Below, piece after piece: positions 23,060-32,244 of a stretch of 64,000 nt of DNA. The position numbers were made by a program, and so were the translations under genes. The stretch is from positions 32,001 through 96,000 of the forward strand of contig JAPDKB010000002.1 of the NCBI GenBank assembly GCA_029258795.1, read 5' to 3'. This DNA is from an archaeon (GTDB lineage: Archaea > EX4484-52 > WAPT01). Under the pieces are notes generated by a model. The model had not been told where the DNA came from, did not search any database, and saw nothing but the letters and a program-made list of their open reading frames with translations. The number at the start of each line of letters is the position of its first letter. Within the stretch, counting starts at the first letter, position 1.

Positions 23060-23320
23060 CACCTATGTAAGCCACCTCCAAACATTTTTATTGGTTATAA
23101 GCTATATATCTCTATCGAACAAACACCTATTCGCGGTCTAAGCCGCAGTATAGCATCTTCGTTCATGGGGATAGGGAAAGCTTAATCAAAATGTCGCAGT
23201 CTTAAGCTGCATGTCCCAAGTCAAGCTTTTCCCTATCCCCTAAACATTTCCTTTCTTTTAAGCATGAAGTAAATTGCAATGCATAACTTTCTTGCTGCAG
23301 CAACTATTGTTTTGTGTGCT
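23060..23320 (-). mobile_element. Truncated IS110-family (IS1111-type) element: recombinase C-terminus plus 3' non-coding end
   Basis: Minus-strand frame KTIVAAARKLCIAIYFMLKRKEMFRG* (stop 23233) resembles IS110 C-termini; junction GGCTTTGGGA-CA-CCTAT at 23050-23066. Confidence 0.75.
23117..23240 (-). ncRNA. Putative bridge/seek RNA with target-binding loop (23167-23240) and donor-binding loop (23117-23164)
   Basis: Two stem/internal-loop/apical-hairpin modules whose loop strands match the junction and an IS end; a G-U pair forms only on the minus strand. Confidence 0.78.
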
Positions 23321-23383
23321 TCATAAATACCCACGGTGAGAGTCTGGGTCTTCTGGTGGCTATGCCCGACCGGGTTTTTTGAT

Positions 23384-24264
23384 ATGAGAGTGTGCATTGT
23401 TGGTCCTGCGAATCCTGGCGAGACAGAGATAGCTCTCACCGAGGCCGCCAAAAAGCGCTATTCCAAGGTATTGTACGCGCCCTTTTCCCGTCTCAGGATA
23501 GAAATGGTTGCCGGAGAGCCGAGAGCCTTCTACAAGGAATAGACCTTTCAGAGTTTGACATTGTCATACCCCGCGTCAGGAGGAGCGACGCGGATTTCGC
23601 ATACGTCCTCTTAGGGGTTCTCGAGGACCTGGGAGTCTATTCTCCAATCTCGAGGGACAGCATTCTCTACGGGTTCAACGAGTATCTCATACCTTTCATT
23701 CTCGGGAGGGCTGGGGTCGAGACCCTCACAACCCTCCTGGGCTCTACCCGGGCCGCCCTCGAGAAATCGATCTCGAGGCTGAGGTTCCCCGTGGTGGTAA
23801 AACTCCCCCACAACAAGGACGGGGCAATGATAGTGGACAGCGAGAAGATCGCCAGGTGCGTGCTCGACACTCTCGAGAGCCTCGGAGAGCCGATAATAGT
23901 CCAGGAGATGCTCGAGGGATCTGAGAGCTTCAGCATCCTCTATATCGGGGAGAGAACATATTGCATAGAAAAGCACAACGGGACCGCGAGAAAGAGAAAG
24001 CTTGGCATAGAAGAAAAGCGGACCGCGAGGCGCATGACATCCCTCCTGGGAGCGAGCGTGTGTCAGCTGAACGGAATGATCTCTGGAGATAGGCTCGTGG
24101 TCATAGACCTCAACATCAACCCCTGGGTGCACAGACTCCAGGAGCACTTCAAGACCAACCTGTTCGAAAAGATCCTGGACCACCTGGAGAGCGGGTACTC
24201 TTCCTCTCGACGGGGCACTATCCTAGACAAGTTCCTGAAATGGTTCGAGGAGATGAGGTGGTAG
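23384..24264 (+). pseudogene. RimK-like ATP-grasp protein, frameshifted near 23537
   Basis: N-part MRVCIVGP...FYK joins (G)IDLSEFDIVIPR in another frame; FPVVVKLP, PIIVQEM, VIDLNINP. Confidence 0.7.
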
Positions 24265-24266
24265 AG

Positions 24267-24430
24267 TGTACAACGTTCTCATTACGGCATCGCCAAGAGT
24301 CTTGTGGACTACCCGCCAGCTTATTGAGGAGGGCAGGAAGAAGTTCAACCTCCACGTTGTCTCTCTATATGTTATCAATATTGAGGTTTCTCCCGGGATC
24401 GTCTCGTGCAGGCACAAGCGCTATTTATAA
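24267..24430 (+). pseudogene. Probable N-terminal fragment of a second RimK-like gene
   Basis: VYNVLITASPRVLWTTRQLIEEGRKKF resembles RimK N-termini; ends at a compositional shift. Confidence 0.45.
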
Positions 24431-24434
24431 ACGT

Positions 24435-25718
24435 TTAGTTTTTGCGGGAGAATAAGTCCTTATAATGACCCCAGTCCAGAATCTCCTTTAAGAAATCATT
24501 TATTTTAGACTCCAACATTATGAGCCTTCCATCAGGGTCATAAACCCTTTCCAGAATATTTATGCGCTCGTCCAAAGTATTCCCATTTAAGCCTTGATAA
24601 AGAGGAGAGGAAAGAACTTCATACAGTTTTTTAAGAATTTGTTCTTCACAAGCAAGAGCTTTACATTCCCGGATTTCCGATTTATATTTTTTAATTTCTT
24701 CAACCCTATTCTTCATTATTGAAATGCTTTCGCTTATTTTCTTCAGTTTTTCTTCACAATCCTCTACTCCCTTTATACTGTATTTCTTAAGCCAGATTTT
24801 TAATATCTGTGGCGGGAAAGTTTTCGGATTCTCTAGTATAATCCCCGAAAGATTTTCATCTCTTACTACCGAATTAATTTCATTGAAGATATCATCTCTG
24901 TTTATAACGTAATCCCATTTTATTTCTATACCTTCCCGTGTTTTTTTTCCAAATTTATTCAACATATTAACAAAACTTCTCGGCAGATTGTTTGAATGTT
25001 TCTCCCACATATACTCTATTTTTCTGTCAGCTTTCACTCTATAGACTGAAAATAGACACGAAGAAAGTGGAGGTTCTACGCAGATTGGAAGACCTGAGAT
25101 GTCTTCCAGACCTGAGATCTCTTCCAGATTTTCAGATTCTATATAACGATTATACTCATAGATTGGGTTTTTTGTTGATATTATAATTCTCTTGCCTTCA
25201 TCCCGTTGCTCAAGGGCTATTAATGCAAGTTCATTCATGACAGCTTTTCCTATGTCTCTTGTAGCTTCTCTTGCGACAAGATCTCCTACGTAGTCCCAGT
25301 TATCGATGCATACAACCTCTGCCTCATTTATAAGCTTTTTTGGGTCAGTTAGATCGGCTTTTAGGGTCCATTCCCATTTTTCTCTATTTTCCTCTGAAAG
25401 ATATATTCTAGGGTCAAATGCCTTTATATCTCCTGTGAAGATATCGAAATATACTCCTGCAGGAAATATATCTTCTTCCGCTAAAATATTAAACGCAGCT
25501 AGAATTCTGGTGGTTTTTCCTATACCTCTTGTTCCACGAAGTTCTATATTATCTGACTTGATCCTATCTGCTAATATTTTCGAGTCCAAATAATATACTT
25601 TACATTTTAGTATGTCATTCAATAGATTATAGTCCATTTCTTCCGCTCTGAGCGGAATATTCGGAGAGTAATCTTCTGATGTCACTTGATTTGGACTTTT
25701 AATATCAGTTTCCTTCAT
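24435..25718 (-). CDS. Uncharacterised P-loop NTPase
   Basis: Walker A GTRGIGKTT, Walker B-like VVCIDNWD; AT-rich; upstream ATG 25775 lies inside an IS TIR. Confidence 0.65.
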   Translation of the reverse strand: MKETDIKSPNQVTSEDYSPNIPLRAEEMDYNLLNDILKCKVYYLDSKILADRIKSDNIELRGTRGIGKTTRILAAFNILAEEDIFPAGVYFDIFTGDIKAFDPRIYLSEENREKWEWTLKADLTDPKKLINEAEVVCIDNWDYVGDLVAREATRDIGKAVMNELALIALEQRDEGKRIIISTKNPIYEYNRYIESENLEEISGLEDISGLPICVEPPLSSCLFSVYRVKADRKIEYMWEKHSNNLPRSFVNMLNKFGKKTREGIEIKWDYVINRDDIFNEINSVVRDENLSGIILENPKTFPPQILKIWLKKYSIKGVEDCEEKLKKISESISIMKNRVEEIKKYKSEIRECKALACEEQILKKLYEVLSSPLYQGLNGNTLDERINILERVYDPDGRLIMLESKINDFLKEILDWGHYKDLFSRKN

Positions 25719-25755
25719 AGATAGAAATTTTTGACATAAAATTTTAAATAATTTT

Positions 25756-26671
25756 GGCTCCACGCCATAAAACATATAAAAAACATTTAATTCGGCAAGG
25801 ATTCATAACAAAAACAAGAGCTTTCTCTATTCCATCATCCAATTAATTTCCCATAAATTCAAAAACGAAGAAAATTTTTTCATGTTCTTAAAACCGCGAA
25901 ACTTTCTGTATCTGTTCCTGAGCCATGAGATCAAACCTTCTGCCCTGTTATTGCTAAGAAAATAAATCATACCTTTATGAAAAACAATCTTTTTTTCAAA
26001 ATGAGCTATAACACGCTTAATCTTTCTAATTCTTAACCCCTTTCTCAGGGTTTTACTATCATATCCATACCATCCATCCGTTACTATTATCTCAGGTTTG
26101 TATCCCGCATTCTCTATAGCTTTTCTAAGCAATCTAACAACTTCTTTGCTTTCCCTTCTATCACTAACATGCATTGCCATAATTCTTGATCTTTCATCGC
26201 AGCAAACATAAAGATAGTTCATTCTTCCCTTAGCTTTAACATACATCTCATCCAAATGCCATACCTCTGCAATTTTTTCAAATTCCTTATTCTTTGCCTT
26301 AAGCTCTTTGAGAAACTTTTTATCCTTTCCAAATTTATGTATCCAGTTAAGAACAGTTCTTGCAGGAACTCTTATTCCTTTAAATTTTTCCATAATCTTC
26401 TCAACATCATAGGTTGAAACAACAAATCTTGAGTAAAGCCACAGGCAAAGCATAACAATCTCTTTATCATATCTTATCCTCGCAAATTCGTCCATACCTT
26501 TTTCTGAGAAAACGTAGAAACATTTTTTGCATCTGTATCTCTGGTATTTCTTATCTTTATGTTTGTAAAAACCCAGCTTCCATATATCTCTTGATGAGCA
26601 TCTGGGACATGAAATCTTCATGAATTTTTTATTATGAATGAGGTTATTTATATGTTTTTTGGCGTAGAACC
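25756..26671 (-). mobile_element. IS6-like element; transposase 25827-26621 with N-terminal Zn ribbon
   Basis: WHLDEMYV, IIVTDGWYGY, NNRAEG; 25-bp imperfect TIRs GGCTCCACGCCATAAAACATATAAA / GGTTCTACGCCAAAAAACATATAAA. Confidence 0.85.
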
Positions 26672-27547
26672 CATTAATTTCTCTATTACTGCCAGAGTTT
26701 TCCCTATTAAATTTGTTTTTAAATTAAGCAAAAATTCGAAAAAGCTTACCCATAAGCTAAGATATTTCTTGCTTATCCCCCTAAACACCCTATACCATGA
26801 TTTTAAAAAAGAAAATCTATTCTCTGCATTGTTAATATGAACATTGCCTTCCGCAAACCTTTTCTTGTTATGCGGGATTATTCCATGTTTATAACCTTTT
26901 CTCTCTATTTCCTTTGTATAAATAGGAAAGTCATCAGTATTTACTATAGAGCCTTTCTCAACATAAGTTTCGAGTAGCTCTAAAACAAGCTCTTCACTTA
27001 AGCCTTCCAGAGCTACGAAGAATATGCTCTTACCTTTTCTTTCAGTTAAAACTATGACTGGAGTTTTGCCTTCTTTTAGCCCACCTCTACCTTTAATTCC
27101 AGTTCCACCCCTCTTCATAGGCTTTCTAGAAAGCCTTCTATTACCCTTTTCACCAGCTGTTAGATAGGTTTCATCCATCTCAACATTAACTTTTAGCTTG
27201 GAAGCTATTTGCCTTGCAAGCAAATCTTGCTTGATTTTCTTAGCTGCTTTCCAAACATGCTCATATTTTCTACCAAGATCGATTGCTATTGAATAAATGC
27301 TTCTTCCAGCCGAATGCTCTTTTATTATATAAGACCATTCCCAAATCGGTAGCTTTGATTTATCGAATATCGTTTTGGTTCTATTGTTGAAAGTTCTTTT
27401 GCATTTTTTGCAAAGATAGCGTTGAAAGCCTTTCTTATCCTCACCCCTCTTAACAACCTCCTTTGACCCGCAGAAAACGCACCTTACTCCTTCTTTCCAT
27501 CTAAGCTTTTGGATTATTTCTATGCACTTCTCATCACCTGGGGGCAA
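26648..27547 (-). mobile_element. IS1595-family transposase; 3' end runs into the IS6 TIR, 5' end possibly frameshifted
   Basis: LRW..G..C..CGS Zn finger, VEMDETY, VNTDDFPIY, HINNAENRFSFLK, FRGISKKYL. Confidence 0.88.
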
Positions 27548-27641
27548 AATCTCTTGCAGTCAGCATACATTGTTATTTTATAGTTTTCTATTTTCGTTAT
27601 GAGATGTGAGCGAAAGCTTTTTGTAGTTGATTTTTTGAACT

Positions 27642-28457
27642 TTGTTTATGATGCCCGGTAAAAAAGCTGTGATTCTAATAGGAGGAATGATAATGGTTGT
27701 GGCAGTTCTGAGCTTATGCGTGCAGAAACCGGAAGAAGGGGCACCCACGATTCAGCCAGGAAAGGAATTAAAGCTTTCTGATTTCCCTGAAGTGTTTAGC
27801 GAGAGTACTTTGATTGTTGTTGGAGACAACGCTTCTGAGGTTGAAGTTCAAGCAGCTAATGAAATTGCTGAATATTTGGAGGATGAGACCGGGAATAAAC
27901 CTTTGATAAAGAAGTATTCTGAGGTTAGTGAGGAAGATAAGAGAAATTACAACTTGATTATTGTTGGCGCTTCTAATTCTAACCCTATGCTAAGGAAAGT
28001 CTCTGAGGAATGTACAAGAAAGAACTTCAAAAAATTAGAATTTAAGGGAGTTAATAGTTATTGGCAGGGCACAGGTAAAGGATACATACTTATTTTAGAA
28101 AACTTATGGTCGACAAGTAAATGTATGTTGATTGTTGATGGATATGACAGCAGCGGGCTAGAATCTGCAGTTAGCACCCTTTTAAATACAGATATAATTA
28201 TGTCCATAAACAATAGCGGTATTTTAGTAAAATTAGAGAGTAGTACTCGAATACAAACTCTTCCAGTGTCTAAACTTTCAAAAATAGTGGCTAAAGATAT
28301 TGCAGCAGAGTATTTGATAAAACGATGTCAAACTATTCCTGAGGATAGTTTTAAGCTGAAAGTGTCGGATTTTGGAGATTACTGGCTAATTGAAGGAGGC
28401 TGTATCAAACTTCTAGTAGATAAAAATAATGGTTTTGTAGAGGAGGTGAAATCTTGA
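27642..28457 (+). CDS. Exported/lipoprotein-like protein with S-layer-associated domain
   Basis: Signal peptide ending LSLC; IVVGDNASEVEVQAANEIAEYL, NLIIVG. Confidence 0.6.
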   Translation: MFMMPGKKAVILIGGMIMVVAVLSLCVQKPEEGAPTIQPGKELKLSDFPEVFSESTLIVVGDNASEVEVQAANEIAEYLEDETGNKPLIKKYSEVSEEDKRNYNLIIVGASNSNPMLRKVSEECTRKNFKKLEFKGVNSYWQGTGKGYILILENLWSTSKCMLIVDGYDSSGLESAVSTLLNTDIIMSINNSGILVKLESSTRIQTLPVSKLSKIVAKDIAAEYLIKRCQTIPEDSFKLKVSDFGDYWLIEGGCIKLLVDKNNGFVEEVKS

Positions 28458-28577
28458 AGGCCAATTAATGACCTTCTTTGTATTATTCGTTCTCTTGTGT
28501 CCTACTGCATACGACATTCTATCATCGAGATACTCTCTAAAATTCTATAGTAGTAACCAACTTTTGAAAGTTCACAT

Positions 28578-29506
28578 TCATGTATTATCACCTCCTACTA
28601 ACATGGAACCGTCGCTACATCCTTCAGCCTGGCATGGAACTTTTACATTTTTTAAACCCCAGTCGTGGATCACTACTAAATTTAGACTCTTATTTAGATT
28701 AATCACAGCACAACTATGGTTGACAATATAGTTCAGAGTTGGATAACCTACGAAATAAGTTTCGTTTGATGATAAAAAGCTCTTGTTAACAATTATTCTC
28801 CCGTAATATTTATCTTCGCCAACCTGGTGTAAAGGTGCTGTAACTATTTCTTTAATCGACTCGAACGTTCTTGTACTTTTATTATATCCGATCAATTGAT
28901 ATAAAGTCACTACTTTAGGTGGCTCTCCACTTAACTCATATTTTGGATCTGATGGTTCATCTGTTAGAACTAAAACATCTATTCTGATCTTGTCCTTAAT
29001 GCTTGGAGCAATTACTACACTGGTTTCATTTTTAATCAGTGCAATCGGGTTTAGTTCAAGTCCCGCACTATACACCCCCACTCATCCCACCCTTCAACCA
29101 GTAACATCGCCTTATTTTTATTCCAAGGATTCCTCAAAATTTCCAAAACACCCTTACCCTCTCCCGGAAATGTATCATTAACTTCCAAAACATCAACCAT
29201 AGAATAAACTTCTATCAGCATGAGATTGGAATTCGGCGTGCCAACAACAACTAAATTGTGGTTTCTTTTATCTTTCTCCGTGATTTCAGAATATTTTTTT
29301 ATTAAGGGTTTATCCCCTGTTTCATTTTCCAAATAAGAGGTAATCTCGTTTGCGGCTTGCAATTCAATCTCAGAAGCATTATCACCAACGATAATTAAGG
29401 TATTATTCCCGAAATTTTGCCAGAGGAAAATGCCTATTATCAAAAGGATTAAAATTACGGTTCCTGCAATAATTAAGATCTTTCTGTTCATCATAATGTT
29501 TATCAT
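28578..29506 (-). pseudogene. Paralogous S-layer-associated protein, frameshifted in a G5 run near 29075-29079
   Basis: IVGDNASEIELQAANEI...VEGWDEWG continues as VYSAGLEL in the adjacent frame. Confidence 0.7.
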
Positions 29507-29552
29507 TAAGTCTCATTATGCTTTTTTAATTATAAAATTTACGGCTCCAAGC

Positions 29553-30696
29553 GGCTTCGAGACAAAATTCATAGCTTGAGTTTTCGAGCTATGAAGATCA
29601 GAACTCCATACCACAAAAATTAGTTAGCTAAAACATTTCCGTATAAAAAACCATATTATACAGCATGGGGGATAAAAAGAAAAGAAAAATAACAACCGAG
29701 GAAATAAGAGACATTACAAACAAACTTGATAAAATAATCAAATATTACAAAGAGAAATACGGGGAAGATAAGAGCAGGAGAGACTGGCGTACATATGAGC
29801 AGAGAAGAACATTAAGGATGAAGCAGGCAGGGAGAGAGCTAAAAAATCTTATAGAAAGGGCTGCAGAGAATATAGAAATAGCTAAGGATAACAACAGGGG
29901 AAGAAAGCCGAAGCTTACAGCCAAGGACAAAGCCCTGATCATTCTTATAAAGGAAATATTCGATCTGAGCAACAGAGAACTTGCTGATATGATATTCATC
30001 TTTTCCTTAATGGCAGGAGTTGATGTAAGTTATAAAACCATTGAGAGAGCTTACGATGATGAGCTTGTTAAGTTAAGCCTGCACAACTTATTCGTTCTCA
30101 TGGTTAAGGAAAAGATTATAGATGATGTTGAGCTTGCTGGAGATGGAACTGGATACAGCTTGAGCATTAAGAAGCAATATGCTGATATTGAGGATGAGGG
30201 AAAGCAAAGAAAGGATTTCGTTTATTACTTTGCTCTGCTCGATTTAAGAACAAATCTTTATGTTGGATATGGCTACAGTAAAAGGTCGGAGAGGGATGCT
30301 TTTGATAAGGCCATGAAAATTATGAGTAAGCTCGGCATTAATGTTAAGAGTGTGAGGCTTGATAGATATTATTCAAGCAACGCTGTGGTTAAAGAATATT
30401 TTGATGATAAGGATGTTAAGCTTTATTTAATTCCCAAGAAGAATGCTTCTGTTAAAGGCTGTAAGAAATGGAAGGAAGTTATGCATGGCTTTGCTGATGA
30501 TGTTTACGGGTTTTTGCGTGAGTATTTTAAAAGGAATAAAGTTGAAAGCATGTTTTCCTTTGATAAGCGTAAGTTTTCTTCTCGATTAAGGGTCAGGAAG
30601 GATGAGAGAATTGCTACGAGCTTGCTTGCAAGGACTGTCTTGCATAATTTGTTTTGGTTTTATGGTTAGCTATTGGGTTAATTTTGTCCCAAAGCC
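29553..30696 (+). mobile_element. IS5-like/ISNCY DDE insertion sequence; intact transposase 29665-30669
   Basis: GDGTGYS, RLDRYYS, RNKVESMFS; 17-bp TIRs GGCTTCGAGACAAAATT (29553-29569) / AATTTTGTCCCAAAGCC (30680-30696). Confidence 0.85.
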
Positions 30697-30744
30697 ACCA
30701 CAACCACAAACTTTATATACGACGATCGCAATATTTCTATCTGG

Positions 30745-31773
30745 GTGATTTGGATGGCGGAGAATTCTCCTAATTACCGATATGATCCTCTCATAGGCGA
30801 GCTTTACTTGAATAAAATCTCGTGTGAGTTAACAACCAGAAAGTTTCACAATGACTTGAGGAGGGAGTTCGAGGCCATTCTGGGCGCGGTAGCTAAATCC
30901 ATGTTCTACACGGTGGGTAAGGTAACGGGCATGATTGTTGCAAAGTACTTTGATGATATTGATGTGCTTTCGTGGATGGGTTGGGGTGTGCCTCTGGTTA
31001 AAAAAGATGGAAGCGTGGAAGTTAAAAATTCTTACATGACCATGTATCGGAGCGAGATAGGCAAGAAGTCATGCGATATCGTTGCAGGATTTCTGGCAGG
31101 GTGGTTCAGTAGGAAGGAAAAGGATAATGTCGATTTTATAGAATCGAGGTGCGCCTCAACCACTAAGTTCAAGACCTGCAGGTTTGAAAGGGTTGAAAAG
31201 AATGTGGCTGTCGAAGTACCTAAAATCAGGATGAAGAAGCCCAGAGAACACCTGAAAAATGTGAATATAAACCTGAAACCATCCAGTGGTGAGATAATTT
31301 ATAGGGGAGATTCGTCTCTCATCATTCCACGTGGCTTTACCGCGATCTTTCAGAGGGAATTTGAAAGGGTGATCGGGGCTGTTGCTTCCAGAAAAATGTA
31401 CGAAGTTGTGAAGAAAATAAGTTATGAGGCAGTTGTGAAGGAGCAGGGGTTCAGGTTTATTGGACTTGCTATTCTTCCCAAATTCATCCGTGCAAAGCTG
31501 CTTCTTCATGAAGAGCTTGTGCAGCTACCCGAAAGAGGTTTTGGGAATGTCAGGGTTTTAAGACTGGATTTGAAGGAAGGGATTCTGCTGGAAATTGATA
31601 ATTCTTACAACGCATTCACCTACGGTAAGGTTGGCAAGCCCGTGTGTCACACGCTTGCAGGAGTTCTTGCGGGAGGTGCCAAGGCGGTGATTGGCGGAGA
31701 TTGGGAATGCGTGGAGAATAAATGCGTTGCTGCAGGAGATGGTGTCTGCGAGTTCGAGTTGAAGCCGGCGTGA
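30745..31773 (+). CDS. Tandem double-V4R domain protein
   Basis: Two repeats: GWG..NSY..CDIVAG..ESRC..CRF and GFG..NSY..CHTLAG..ENKCVAAGDGVCEF. Confidence 0.85.
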   Translation: MIWMAENSPNYRYDPLIGELYLNKISCELTTRKFHNDLRREFEAILGAVAKSMFYTVGKVTGMIVAKYFDDIDVLSWMGWGVPLVKKDGSVEVKNSYMTMYRSEIGKKSCDIVAGFLAGWFSRKEKDNVDFIESRCASTTKFKTCRFERVEKNVAVEVPKIRMKKPREHLKNVNINLKPSSGEIIYRGDSSLIIPRGFTAIFQREFERVIGAVASRKMYEVVKKISYEAVVKEQGFRFIGLAILPKFIRAKLLLHEELVQLPERGFGNVRVLRLDLKEGILLEIDNSYNAFTYGKVGKPVCHTLAGVLAGGAKAVIGGDWECVENKCVAAGDGVCEFELKPA

Positions 31774-31832
31774 AAGTACTGCAAAATTTAAAAGTTAACG
31801 CTGTAAAATATTTTTCGTTCTCCTGCCCGGGT

Positions 31833-32005
31833 GCGGGGGTTGCCGAGCCTGGCCAAAGGCGCTGCCTTGAGGGGGCAGCCGCCGCGGTGTATGAGAGGTG
31901 GCGCCGCAGTGGCCCATTCCCTTAGTGGGTTCGAGGGTTCAAAAGCTTGGTCAAGCCGTCCTCCCTCGGCAGCTTAAATGGCTGGAAGTCCCTCCCCCCG
32001 CACCA
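31833..32005 (+). tRNA. tRNA-Leu(GAG) with two non-canonical introns (31879-31917 at 43/44; 31944-31988 at 59/60)
   Basis: CTGCC-TTGAGGG-GGCAG arm; removing both BHB-bounded inserts restores the variable and T arms; CCA. Confidence 0.88.
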
Positions 32006-32034
32006 CCATCATGCTTCATGTTCCTTACGTTCAT

Positions 32035-32175
32035 GCGGGGGTTGCCGAGCCTGGCCAAAGGCGCGGGGCTTAGGACTCCGTGGCTCAGTGCCTGCGTGGG
32101 TTCGAAGGCCGCTGTTCGGTGGCTGGGTTTTCAAGTCCGATCTTAACGCGGCCGGAACTCCCACCCCCCGCACCA
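32035..32175 (+). tRNA. tRNA-Leu(TAG) with 52-nt T-loop intron (32107-32158)
   Basis: CGGGG-CTTAGGA-CTCCG arm; BHB helix TTCG/CGGA; CCA. Confidence 0.9.
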
Positions 32176-32244
32176 GCCCGAACCAGATTTCTGCCAAGAA
32201 TTCACCATTAATTATATAAACGATGAAATCCCCAACCTTTACTC

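Noticed and set aside
23050-23222. MITE bounded by GGCTTTGGGACA and TGTCCCAAG
   Set aside because: The second copy lies inside an RNA internal loop and is better explained as a guide matching the target.
23167-23240. Simple terminator hairpin
   Set aside because: It has a large symmetric internal loop with sequence-specific matches, no U-tract, and a second matching module.
23050-30696. Composite transposon between the TIR stub and the right TIR
   Set aside because: No target-site duplication, and the stub is only 10-12 bp.
31722-32219. Short ORFs over GC-rich stretches (also 85-327, 53997-54218, 59127-59387, 60275-60457)
   Set aside because: They overlap tRNA or SRP RNA genes.
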